DNA of 64,000 nt from Psammoneis japonica (lineage: Eukaryota). This document shows positions 39,580 to 51,486 of this stretch, one piece after another. The stretch spans positions 1,075,607 through 1,139,606 of the forward strand of contig QPGO01000005.1 of NCBI GenBank assembly GCA_008632985.1, written 5' to 3'. A program made the position numbers and the translations under genes. Under the pieces are notes generated by a model. The model saw only the letters and a program-made list of their open reading frames with translations, did not search any database and was not told the DNA's origin. How positions within the stretch are numbered: the stretch's first letter is position 1; the number at the start of each line of letters is the position of its first letter.

Positions 39580-40415
39580 GACTGATCCAATTGGAGAAAC
39601 GAGTCTCAAGGTGCAAGCCTTCAGGGATCGGATTGGAGCAAGACATCTTGTGGTGCAAGGCTGCAGATGTCTGGTTGGGGCAATCAGTCCCGTGCTGCAA
39701 GACTTCTGGGATCCAAAAGGACTTGCCAGTCTTGTGACACGAGTCTTCGGGGATCCAGTCAGGAGGCCAAGTCTTGAGGTGCGAGACTTGGGGGATCCAA
39801 TCAGGAGGCCGAGTCTCATGGCACAAGACTTGAGGGATCCAATCCGGAGGCCGAGTCTTGAGGCATGAGACGTGGAGGATCCAATTGGGAGGCCCGGTCT
39901 CGAGGCACGAGATGTGGAGAGTCCAGTTGGGAGGCCTGGTCTCAAGGCACAAGACTTGGGGCATCCGATCAGGAGGCCCAGTCTCGATGTACGAGACTTG
40001 AGGCATCCAATCAGGAGGCCTGGTCTCAAGGCACGAGACTTGGGGGATCCAACCAGGAGACCTGGTCTCGAGGTGCGACACTTGGGGCATCCAATCAGGA
40101 GGCCTGGTCTCGAGGTGCGAGACTTGGGGCATCCAATCAGGAGGCCCAGTCTCGAGGTGCGAGACTTGGGGGATCCAACCAGGAGGCCCAGTCTCGAGGC
40201 ACGAGACTTGAGGCATCCAATCAGGAGGCCTGGTCTCGAGGTGCGAGACTTGAGGCATCCAATCAGGAGGCCTGGTCTTGAGGCACGAGACTTGGAGCAT
40301 TCAGTCAGGAGGCCTGGTCTCAAGGCACGAGACTTGAGGCATCCAATCAGGAGGCCCAGTCTCGAGGTGCGAGACTTGAGGCATCCAGTCAGGAGTCCTG
40401 GTCTCATGGTGCAAT
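39580..40415 (-). repeat. 42-bp tandem array, inverted copy
   Basis: Same unit order as 42580-43410. Confidence 0.92.
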
Positions 40416-41751
40416 GCTTGGAGGATCCGAAGACAACGAAGCTGCTTGGATGTCCTGAACTCCCCATCTGATGAACCGGTTGAACTGTTGTGAACAGATT
40501 CAATGACGGGAAAAGGAGGATTGACAGGATTTGAACAGGATTTGGGTGCGCGCAAAATGTCGCGCGCTGTTTAGTTTACCGTGCACAGTTTCACGTGCTT
40601 TAGTTCCGTGCGTTCGCGCGCGATGTAGTTTGCTTTCGAGCCACAAGGCTCACAAGAACAACAACAGCAGCCCGATCACACTGACTTGCACATCTTTCGG
40701 CTCCTGCAACGGTCTCTGAGCAGAGACTCATCTGCTGTTTAGACAGCAGCAAGGAGTTGTTGTTTGAGTTCTTGCCATTTGCCTTCAATTTCTGTCAGAT
40801 TGACAGTCTTGCTCATTGTCAACCCATTGAGCAACCGCCATCATCGTCGTTGATTTGCCGACGACGCCATCTCAATTCTGCGTGGACCTCCGCACGTGTT
40901 CTACGTACATCGGCAAGTCTACGCGCATTTGGGCACCAGGGCATCGGCAGGAAGTTAATGTCACCGTCAAGTCTCCTTGCCGCTGGACATCTGGATTGAT
41001 CACACTGCCTTTGATCGCTGAAGACATGCATTCAACGGTCACATCCAAGTCTGTCCTTGATCCTCATCCCTTGACATGTCCATTCAACGGTCAACGGTCA
41101 AGAACCCTGCATGTTCAAGGATCTCCGTCGCTGAAGACACACATGTGTGCATGTTTCACGGCCAAGGACTTGAACCCACTCTTTGGACTGTGGCTTTGCT
41201 GCCACTCTACAAGCACGCCGAGTCCATTGCACCTGATCTACCCCGGACTGCTGGTGCTCTGCAGTTCCACTGGGTCCACGAGGACGACTGTGAGAGCAAG
41301 CAGCCGTGATTGCAGCCTACGTTGGGGTGAGGGTGTTTTCCCGCGTTTGTTCGTTCGTCCACAGCGCCCAACGCCTGCGTCAACTGGCCAGCCTGATCGG
41401 GAAATCCAACCGACATAAAATGAGAACGGTTCGGGGGTCTTGTCCACCTCCAGTCAGCTCACCTGCAGGGGTTTACAACCCGCTGCTCCGCTCGCAAGCA
41501 ACCCAAAGCGCCGCTGGCTGCGGGTTCGGACGTGCCGGCACAACTCTACGGACCGGACAGGAAGTTTGGCACTTGACAACGAATGGGACAGCACAACCCG
41601 GCGACTTCTGATTAAAAGACAGTCCAAGATTTCAAGTCAAGTCTAGCTCAAGTCAAGTCTTTTTCAAGCCAAGTTCCAAGTCAAAACTCCGAGTCAAGAT
41701 CGCGCTCTAGATTGGATCCTGTCTTTTGTTTCTACTGCACCGTCCTCCGTC

Positions 41752-43747
41752 ATGGTTCTCACGTGACAGCAACAAACCGAAAGCTTCAAATGCATTCTAG
41801 GCACTGTGCTCAATCAAGACGATGACAGCCCTCTTCGTTCTGCCCTGTCCATCAATGGGGGTTGAATCGTGCGAGGAATTGTTCACGTTCTCACCCACCC
41901 AAATTGACGCCCTCACTTACAGAGACGGCGCCAATGTAGTGCCTTTGCCATGGACCCACAGAAACCTCCTAGCAGCTTTGATCAGCTTCTACTTTGTCAA
42001 AGTTTGCAACGGTGATGATGTGACCAATGAACCCCAGTTGCTCACACCCGAGGAATTTCGCAACTGCCGCCTTGGTCCGGACTGCTTGACCTCTCTAGCC
42101 ACTGGCGCAGCACCCTCCGCACCTGTGCCGAGTCCCTTGCCATCCAAACCAGGTGAACCCAGTGCCATTTTGACACCAGCCTTGCACTGTGCCGCCACTC
42201 AGGTGTCCCCCAGAAGTGGTGTCAGTCGCGCCCCACATGTCTTGACCAACCCGCCTGCAAGCAACCTCGGCCCAGTGCAGGATTGCAGCCCTTGCACAGA
42301 CCCGCACTTCGAGACCAGTTGGGAGACTCCACCCATGGCTTCCAAAGCTACAGCCTTTGCACCCCGCAAACCACTTGCTGCCAACCTCCACATGTCGACC
42401 ACTGTCACCCTTCACAGCCTTCGTTTGGGAGGTGATGGAGATGACAACTTGCTTCTCGCATCTCCTGATGGGGAGCCTCCTTTTCTCGTCATTGAATCTG
42501 TTCACAACAGTTCAACCGGTTCATCAGATGGGGAGTTCAGGACATCCAAGCAGCTTCGTTGTCTTCGGATCCTCCAAGCATCGCACCATGAGACCAGGAC
42601 TCCTGATTGGATGCCTCAAGTCTCGCACCTCGAGACTGGGCCTCCTGATTGGATGCCTCAAGTCTCGTGCCTTGAGACCAGGCCTCCTGACTGGATGCTC
42701 CAAGTCTCGTACCTCGAGACCAGGCCTCCTGATTGGATGCCTCAAGTCTCGTGCCTCGAGACCAGGCCTCCTGATTGGATGCCTCAAGTCTCGTGCCTCG
42801 AGACTGGGCCTCCTGGTTGGATCCCCCAAGTCTCGTACCTCGAGACTGGGCCTCCTGATTGGATGCCCCAAGTCTCGTACCTCGAGACCAGGCCTCCTGA
42901 TTGGATGCCCCAAGTGTCGTACCTCGAGACCAGGTCTCCTGGTTGGATCCCCCAAGTCTCGTACCTCGAGACCAGGCCTCCTGATTGGATGCCTCAAGTC
43001 TCGTACATCGAGACTGGGCCTCCTGATCGGATGCCCCAAGTCTTGTGCCTTGAGACCAGGCCTCCCAACTGGACTCTCCACGTCTCGTGCCTCGAGACCG
43101 GGCCTCCCAATTGGATCCTCCACGTCTCATGCCTCAAGACTCGGCCTCCGGATTGGATCCCTCAAGTCTTGCGCCACGAGACTCGGCCTCCTGATTGGAT
43201 CCCCCAAGTCTCGCACCTCAAGACTTGGCCTCCTGATTGGATCCCCGAAGACTCATGTCACAAGACTGGCAAGTCCTTTTGGATCCCAGAAGTCTTGCAG
43301 CACGGGACTGATTGCCCCAATCAGACATCTGCAGCCTTGCACCACAAGATGTCTTGCTCCAATCCGATCCCCAAAGGCTTGCACCTTGAGACTCGTTTCT
43401 CCAATTGGATCAGTCTCTCAGGAGATGCAGTCGGATTGGTGGAACACAAGACCACCGCTTGTGCCTTTGAACCAATGCTTGCTCTGTTCCCCAAGTCGTG
43501 CAAACGCCATGCCGCCTGCAATGTTGCCCCACCGTTCAACATTGTCAACCAGACCAAGCTTTGCTCCTTCCATTGCAAGTGCGGATGTGGAATCCCACAA
43601 GATCCCAAGTGTGCCTTGAGCTTTGAAAAGCACAACGGCATCTGCAATTGGGGAGACACAGCTCATCTCAAGATGACCCGCTCGGAGAATGCAACGTTGC
43701 TCTCGGATCTTGATCCTCTCTTGTCTCCTCATGTTTTGGTTCTTTGA
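41752..43747 (+). pseudogene. Deleted gag-pol remnant with a 14-aa repeat
   Basis: MVLT*QQQTESFKCILGTVLNQDDDSPLRSAL (frameshift)...IDALTYRD..PLP. The 3' segment NQTKL.SF.CKCGC.IP.D...NG...W.D resembles the copia YKYGY.IP.D...NG..W.DA pre-RT linker. Confidence 0.7.
42580..43410 (+). repeat. 42-bp tandem array, about 17 clear plus 3 degenerate units (ETRPPDWMPQVSYL)
   Basis: Unit GAGACCAGGCCTCCTGATTGGATGCCTCAAGTCTCGTACCTC. Confidence 0.95.
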
Positions 43748-46700
43748 CTCCAAAGTTCTTTGGTCAATCCGAAGTCGAATCTGTTTCTGTGACTCCTCAA
43801 GCAAACTGGGGAGTGACAGGATTTGAGCAGGATTTGGGTGCGCGCAAAATGTCGCGCGCTGTTTAGTTTGCCGTGCACAGTTTTTTGTGCTTTGGTTCCG
43901 CGCGTTCGTGCGCGATGCAGTTTGCTTTCGAGCCACAAGGCTCACAAGAATGATGACAGTGGCCCGATCACACCGACTTGCATGTCTTTCGGCTCCTGTG
44001 ACGGTCTCTGAGTGGAGACTCATCTGCCATTTAGACAGCAGCAAGGAGTTGTTGTTTGAATTCTTGCCATTTGCCTTCAGTTTCTGTCACTTGCTAAAAA
44101 TGACGTCCAAAGGTGTTTGCCTGATGGCGAGAGCTTCCTCTCTATTTGGCAGAGTCACTCAAGACACATCTTCCCACTCAAATGCTCCGCTTCTGGCTCT
44201 CAAATCCTTCCAGCGCAAAGCTCCTCCTCTTCACTGGCAGCCATTTGTCCAGAGCAGTGCCCTGCAAATGGTGGCATGCCGAAGGGGGCGAAGGGTTGTG
44301 TGTTGTGTGCAACACTTTTTGGCCACTGCCATCTGTCTGACAGCTGAGGTTTCCAAAGGGGGCTGTTGCTCAAACAACCTTCAACATCGCCCCCTTCCAT
44401 GCCTGCATCAAGGTTGCTCTTGTCCATGTGCAGGCACACTGGTTTGGGTGGCCCGAACGTTTTGGTGGGGTTGTGGGAGGGTCTTTTGACAAAGACACTG
44501 TTGCAAACACAGCCGCTGTCTTGACTTGCATCCCTTCCTTTCAGCACGAGGATCAATGCCCTCAATGTGCACGATGTCACTTCTTCATGTTCACTCATTT
44601 TCCAAGGTGTTGGCTCAAACATTTTTGAACTTGAAGCTGAGGCAGGGAAAACCAGCGGTGACATCTCAGGCTCAATCTTGGGCGGTGTTCCTGAACACTG
44701 TGCTGGCAAGAAAGAAAGACTCAAAAGTCTCAACAAACCATTTGCAACAGCTGTCATTTTGGCGCCACCACCCAGTTGAACTTGAGGTGTTCTTGGATGC
44801 ACCGCCCCATTCTTGCGGCTCATGTGGGTGTCTGACTTGGTGAAACCCACGCTGCCGCACCTCCAATTGCCACAAGCTTTGTCTGGTTTTGAAAATGCAT
44901 GCAGCAACTCCAGCACACCACTTGCAGCATCATGAAATCATGAGATGAGAGGAGCATTTGAAGATCTTGGGCATCTTTGTTTCTTGCCACCAACGTGGTT
45001 GACTCTGAAGTGGTCAGAGCAAACAAACTCATCTCTCTTCTTTTTGCTGCATCACAATTCTACGCAAGCGCCAGTGGGGTTGTCCCATGTGAGAGTGTGG
45101 TGGCATGCCAACCTCCTTGGGCACTTTGGGATGTTGGGCAGTTGCACCAATGACAGAGAAACCAAAAGGCATTGGAGGGGATGCTCTGTTGTGTCTGCGT
45201 TCGGGAGAGTGGCACCACCATGGTGTGGTGTCTCTTTGCATTTTCTTTCCCAATGTCAGTGTGTTTTCTGCGTCAATTAAATTCTGCGTGATTCAGCAAT
45301 TTCCAAGTCAGCTGTTCCAGCACAAATTTCATGTGCAACCCTGCATGTTTGGCCAGAATTTTGAGGTGATGACTGTTTCAGGTTTGTCTTTTTGTTCTTC
45401 TCACCAATGCACTTCCTTTGAGTTTTCTTCCCAATGAGCTGCAATCCATGATGGACATTCTACGGTGTTCCAAAGTGGGTCATCATGAGTCTTTCTCAAG
45501 TGGCTTGCATCTCCAAGTCTTGGTGTTGCTCCTCTTGCTCTTCGATGTTGCAGTTTCAGCACACAATTTCTGTGCAATTCTGTGCATGACAGAAATTTCA
45601 TCCGGCATTTCCGACCATCATTTCCCTTTCTTTGTTGGGGTCCATGTTGGACTTTCTTGGGTGTTTTCATCCCAGGAATTTCTCTCACTTCTCTTCAAGC
45701 ATGTTGTCTTTGGAGACAGACACGTGTTTGGTTTTCTGCAGTGTTTGTTTTGGTGTCTCCCAAGTGGTGTGGTTGGGCTTGTCCATTCTTCGAGGCACAG
45801 CAACTGTGGTTGCCACGTGACAAGCATCCAGTTGGTTGCTGTCCCGACTTCAAACAAACAGCCTCTTTCTGATGGTGCATTGACGGCATTGCCTTCGGAC
45901 AATGTGTCAATGGCATTGTCTCTCTGACAACGTTTGACAGCATTTTAATTGTCCCTGCCACCCTTCATGGGTGCTGGGGAATGTGGGTGTGCTGTGGTCG
46001 GTGTTGGCGTGGGTGGCAGCGAGGCAGCAGTGAAATGGATTTCCAGCTTTTTTTCTTTCTGCTGCATCATTTAAATTGAAAGCAATGCTTGATGAGGGCC
46101 GTGGATGTGGTGCATTGCAATTTCTCTTTTTGCAGCTGAGCCTGCATTTTTGGCAATGCACAACTCATTTGCATTCATCTTTGTCTTCCAGAGCCACTTT
46201 GGCTTGCTCAATGGTGGTGGCTGGTGCTTTCCTTTGGCTTCAAAAGGTGCCCCTTTTTGTGTGCATCACAATGCTTTCCACAAAAAAGTGTTTTCTTCAC
46301 ACACTTGTTGTCCTTTTTGTTCTTTGATGCTGAGTGGCGCGTGCTCTTGTTTGTGAGTTGCGCTGTTTTCTTTTTTCTTTTTTCTTCATTTCTGACTTTG
46401 CTCAGCGGGTGATCTTCTCCTCTCCACATCACACTTCATTTTCATGGTTGCAGATTCCACCTGTGGAATGCAAGTGCTTCAAAATTGTGTCGTGTTTGTG
46501 ATTTGGAATGTGCGCGTGCACTGACGCTACAAAACGCAGCACTGTGATGACGATTTTTAGCCATGGTCTGCTGTGCTTGCAATTGAATGGCACAGAAAGC
46601 AAACGTGCCCAGCTCTTCCCAGCTGTGATGCAACCATGCAGTTTCAAGAAGATTTCTTTGCTGAAAATGTGCAGCGCAGAAACACACCTGGTTTTGACAA

Positions 46701-46825
46701 CATTGTTGCACAACAAATGTGCGAGTGATGGCTGGCATGCACTGCTTTTGTCTGGCAGCTCCGAGAGTGCGTGCAGTTGCAGCGGTGTGGTGATGTGTGG
46801 ACATCCCCACCCACAGGTGGATGGC

Positions 46826-47232
46826 GATGGGTTCCAGTCCTGGCCAGGTGGGACTCCGTGTGACATTGGGCCCGCAGAATTCTGCGTGCGAGCTCCGCAG
46901 TGAATTTGTCAAGCAATGAAAATGCAAATGATCGCCAACAGAAAAAGAGGCAATTTTGTGAATGCATCTCCTCCTCCACACTTCCAGTGCATCATCAACA
47001 GTTTGCCCGGGTGTGTTCTTCAGACATCAAAGAACACACCCAGAGCATTTTCATTCTCACAAATGTTGAAAACAGAAAGCCTTTGGCTTCGCAAAATGGG
47101 GAGCATGGGGCAATTTCATAGAATGTCACATGCAGAAATCTGTGTGCGCAACATGCCACACGATCCAAAAAACTCTTGATGTCACAGCACAGCAGCACCA
47201 GTGCGAGGTCCCACCCAGAGCTGGAGCGCATC
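46826..47232 (+). mobile_element. MITE copy 3 (407 bp), hypermutated
   Basis: Degenerate TIRs GATGGGTTCCAG / CTGGAGCGCATC; TSD TGGC; collinear with copy 1. Confidence 0.88.
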
Positions 47233-47950
47233 TGGCACACGGTGTTCGAGGGACAGTGCATCACAACATGTCGTCCAACCAAGACCTCCCCATCCCTGCT
47301 CCACCCGCCCCACCTTGGAACACCAAAACCCGTTTTCAACACCCAGCTGCCCATGCCGCATGTGCCTGCGCCCAACAATCCCCATCCGCCATCCTCCCTG
47401 CCGCCACCTCCACCTGTGGCAAACCATCTCTGCCGAAAACGCTTTGGCCCAACCCACCACTCTTCTACACCGTCACAATGGGGTCTGCAGAGCCTGAGCC
47501 TTGCAATTGCCAAATCACTCGCTGACCAACTAACCCGCTACTCCACCAAACTACAATCTCAAACATCAAACCCCAACTCGAAATCCATCCCTTTTCCCAC
47601 ACCTAGCCCTACATGACTCAGTGCGCAGTTCCCACCATTGCTCCGCGTCTGTCCCTCCCCCGCGCCACTGGGTGACGTTGGTTGCACGTGAACTCCACGC
47701 GCGCGTGCTGCTAGCACAGCAGAGGTAATTAGTTTCCCCAATCAATATAAAATGCTACGAATTCGGAAACAATTGCGCGTTTTCGTGCGCGAAGCTCAAA
47801 TTTTCATCCCGAAGCAACGATCGGAGCTTCGCGCAAGATTTGTGTAGAAATGCGTAGAAAGCATGCTAGAACGAGAAAATGCCATCTGAACACTGCTCCT
47901 GCATCATCACCATGATACTGTGGCGTCGTTCGTGATCGTTTCTTACCATC

Positions 47951-49048
47951 ATGCCACCCACAAAGAAACCAAAGCGTCGTGTCGCTGCTAAAACACCTCG
48001 AGATTCAGTGCCACATCCTTCTCGTGGTGGTGCCAGAGGCTGTCCACAGGCTCAACGGGACGAGGCAATGAGGGTGAGAGACCTTGGTTGGGAAAACCGA
48101 CCCGAGTTTCAGCAGCTCCGACAAGAGGGAATGCGTCCTTCCTCTTCAACCACAAGACGACATGCCGCTCGTGAACGAGATCATGGTCACTGCAGACCCT
48201 GTGCCATGAACGGCAATGAAGTGGCTGTGGTGCTGCACGGCTTCATGCGCTTCCTGCTTGTGTGCCACAGACTTCTATTCCCAAAATGTGCCGGTGCTGA
48301 AATGAATGCGTGGCTGTGGAACACCACTCCACCTGGTGCAGAGAGACGATTTTATGGTGGATCACAAACAACCGAGGCAGAAGATCATGCTGGTCTTTCT
48401 CGGAAACGCGGTGCAACAACGGCAAGACAAGCTGAGTTGCCAACCAACATTCAGAAGTGGTGCAATTTCTGGCACTTGCCATGCCCTTATAGAATCGCTG
48501 ACATGAGCTCTGAAAATGCTGTTGATTTTGATCAAGCTGCCATGTTCATTGAAATTGCCGATCGTGGGTGTGGAAAAGCATGCGTCGGGAATCGCTGCAA
48601 TGAGACCGGTCCACATGGGCACAGCGAGAAATGTGCACTTTCAGTGGCGGTGACTGGCAGCCAAGCCAGAGAAAGATGGCTTGTCTTTGAAGCTAAAGGT
48701 GGAACAACCACAGGAGATGTCCTTGCACTTCTGGAGATGATCACAGCCGACATTGGAGATGGAAACGATCAACGCCGTCGCACAATTTTGTGTGACAACC
48801 TGACATCGCACAGAAGTCCAGTCATCCGGCAGTGTGTCCATCTCCATGGCCACCGTTTCATGCTGCGTCCACCCTGCAAGCCGTGTGATGGACCAATTGA
48901 ATGTGCACTCAATGCAATCCAGCAGCATCTCACGCCAAAAATGCATGAGATCCGCACACCCGAGCAGCTGCAGGCGGAAATCGAGACCTGTCTCCGCGGT
49001 GTCGCGGATTTCAGGTCCCACTTCCTGCACTGCGGCTACAATCCATAG
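47951..49048 (+). pseudogene. DD34E transposase; frame open but heavily Tyr>Cys/His substituted
   Basis: VDFDQA, ILCDNLTSH and RPPCKPCDGPIE, with 34 residues between the second D and the E. Confidence 0.85.
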
Positions 49049-49257
49049 ACCAGTTTTAAATTAGATTTAAAATCAGCTTTGCTCATAACTTTTGTAGATG
49101 GTTTGTCATTGTTTGTGTGTCTTGCAGCATGCGGCACAGTCGCGCCAGCACTTCCGCCCGTGAACATCATTCTATAAAAACTGTCATCGATTCTTCGCCG
49201 GCACAACAATGGTGTCCACCAGCAGCAGTGTTGCCGGCACTTCTGGCAAATGTTCTT

Positions 49258-51486
49258 CTAAAACTTGTCCATTCTGCACCATCCCAATGGCAGCCTAGAG
49301 ACAGACAGACAGACCCGCAACAGCCACCAATTCTCTTGCTCGTCCTTTGCGAAGCCTTTGCAGACGTCGTGCAGATCCTGCGAGCCAATGTCAGGATTCC
49401 AGTCCTGTGCTTGCTGCATGACATCTAGGTGCATGGGCTCGTTGTGTGGGTTGTTCAACGACCCATGCGTAGCCACAGCCGAGGGACTTGCAGGTGAAGG
49501 CTCTTCAGTCTGGCCGCGCGGCGCGTCCACGTTGAAAATCTTCTGCGTGGTTGTAGCTTTCTTGAAAGAACGCTTCTTGGTGCGTGCAAGCAATTCCTCT
49601 GGCGTGGGGAGCAGATGGGGGTGCGCCTTGCGTTTCTGCTCTTGAGCACCAGTTCCACTTGATGGCAAAACAAACGGTGGAGCAGCTTGAGACGGCGAAA
49701 GCATGTCCACATGATTGTCGCTGGTTGCAGCAGCACTGGTGCATCCAGAAGTGGCAGTGCCTGGACGAGCGCCTGTTGCCAAGGACGAAGAAGGCAGAGC
49801 TGTGACACTCTCCACATGAGAGGATGCCTGCACACCAGCACGTCCCATTCCAAGATCACCTGTGTGGGCATTCTGGAAAGGACGAAGCGGAAGCCTGGCG
49901 ACTTGATCAGCTTGGGTCGCATGGGCGTGTGGGCCATTGTTTCTTTTGCGATGGTTCTGGAAGTTTCCAGACAGCATTCTCGTGTTACCTGCAACAGCAG
50001 AGTAAATGAGCAAAAAGTCAATGCTAAAGACAAGGGGGGAAAAGACTGCTGTCACACAGCAAACAATGCAAACTTGCATGTCGTGGTGTTGAACCCCTCG
50101 GCCCCTTCTGGAATGGGCACGAGCGTGGTTGGCAAGCCCGCCGCATTCCAATTCTGTCGAATCCACGCAGCGTCCTTGTCGTGCTGGACAAACTTGGCCA
50201 TGTTGCTTGCACGCAAATCTGGCGATTGATTCATGACGGCATCCACGTTGACGGAATCCACAGGCTCAACTTTCTTTTTAGCCATTTCAATTGCATGGCG
50301 CATGGTCATGTAAGTCGTCTCATGTAACACATTCCCAAGCTGCTGCTGCGTGGCTGCGGCTTGACGCGACACATGATGCGCCGCCACCCCTTGATCCATG
50401 GTCTGCCTGAGTTTGATTGCCGCAAAGCAACCAATCTGAACAGCAAGAGAAAACAATGCGACATCGTTTAGAACGGCAAACCACACAAACTTAAGACACA
50501 ACAAATGCACAATGCCATGCCTTGAATGCACGGCTGCACATGCAATTACAGATCGGGCAATCTGATTCGCCGGTTACAGATTGAGAGCATTCTTCACCCG
50601 TCTCTGGGTTCTTGCATCGAATGGGACAAGTTGAACCTTGATGCGAATTCTTGTTGATGCGCCTCATCTGATGACAATGGCACACATGTGTGGGCTCCCC
50701 CAACTTGGGCGCGGTTGGTGCCCGAGTGATAATTTCGCCCTTCTTTCCGATGTGAGGACGTTTCTCACGCTTGGCGGCACCAAACTTACGCTTCTCCTCG
50801 TCATGCACTTTCGTCAGCTCAATGTTGCGGGCGACAACATCTTTGTTGGAGCTGGGCTCGTCGACGTATTCATGATTACAGAATGGGCACTTCTGATGAG
50901 CTTTGTCTTCAGGTTTGTATCCATCATGAAGGCATTTTCTGGTGCGTTCCGGTCCCTGCAACTTGATGATGCTTGCATCGACCTTGCTCGTCATCAAATC
51001 ACGTGCATTGTCCGTGGCCTCCCTGACTGCTTCGTGAAGCTCTTCATACGCTTCATGGAGAGTGCGTTGGTTACGCCGGCCTGCTCGTGCAGCTGGGCCG
51101 ACCGACACATCGCAGTCTTTCACGCAGTTCTTGAGCATTTCGTTCATGTCCACGAACAGCCCTGCAAGCTCGTCAGTCTTGCATTTCTTGAGATCTCTGG
51201 AATTCGCTGGAAGCATGACGTTAGCACTAGCCTGAAGATTCTTATCCACGGATCCAAGTGTTTCAAGGAAAGCCTCGCGACTGGGATTCGAGAAAAAGTT
51301 GTCAGTGATGAAAGTCCTCATTTTTTTGGAGTCTCCACAGCAGTTTGGTTTCTTGAGTTGACAAATGATTTGAGCACGGTTTGGCTCAGTAACCTCAATA
51401 TCATAGTTCTCATATGGATTACCTTCAATGCGAGCGCCAACATCTTCAGCGCTTCGACGACGAGCCCGTTGAGCAGATCCGCTCAT
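49258..51486 (-). pseudogene. Spliced Cys-rich cargo gene inside the Tc1 element; 3' end uncertain
   Basis: ATG at 51486; CPFCNH, CHCHQM..CPIRC..CPICNCMC; intron-like segments near 50520-50437 and 50075-49989. Confidence 0.6.

Larger units (their letters stand above)
38906..44089. mobile_element. Composite LTR insertion with 1616-bp terminal inverted arms
   Basis: 5-bp direct TSD CTTGC (38901-05, 44090-94); 38906-40521 is the reverse complement of 42474-44089. Confidence 0.9.
40522..44089 (+). mobile_element. Non-autonomous Ty1/copia (CoDi-like) LTR retrotransposon; LTRs 40522-40797 and 43814-44089
   Basis: Direct 276-bp TG...CA LTRs; purine tract GGGGAG before the 3' LTR; gag-like start and pol-linker remnant; no RT or IN. 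Confidence 0.85.
38500..47714. mobile_element. Block C: older decayed repeats hosting the LTR composite and MITE copy 3
   Basis: TA-depleted sequence continues on both sides of the CTTGC TSD; fragmented ORFs. Confidence 0.6.

Noticed and set aside
38906..40521. Inverted arm as a foldback chimera in the assembly
   Set aside because: The arms differ at many sites, the junction is at an exact LTR end, and a 5-bp TSD flanks the whole structure.
40798..40830. tRNA primer-binding site after the 5' LTR
   Set aside because: No TGG start; GATTGACAGTC only loosely resembles an anticodon-arm complement.
39580..43410. 42-bp arrays as CRISPR
   Set aside because: Contiguous units without unique spacers, inside a eukaryotic LTR element, and no cas genes.
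47951..49048. Alternative genetic code (Cys/His codons read as Tyr)
   Set aside because: Neighbouring genes use Tyr normally, and non-coding TIRs, LTRs and a TSD show the same changes.
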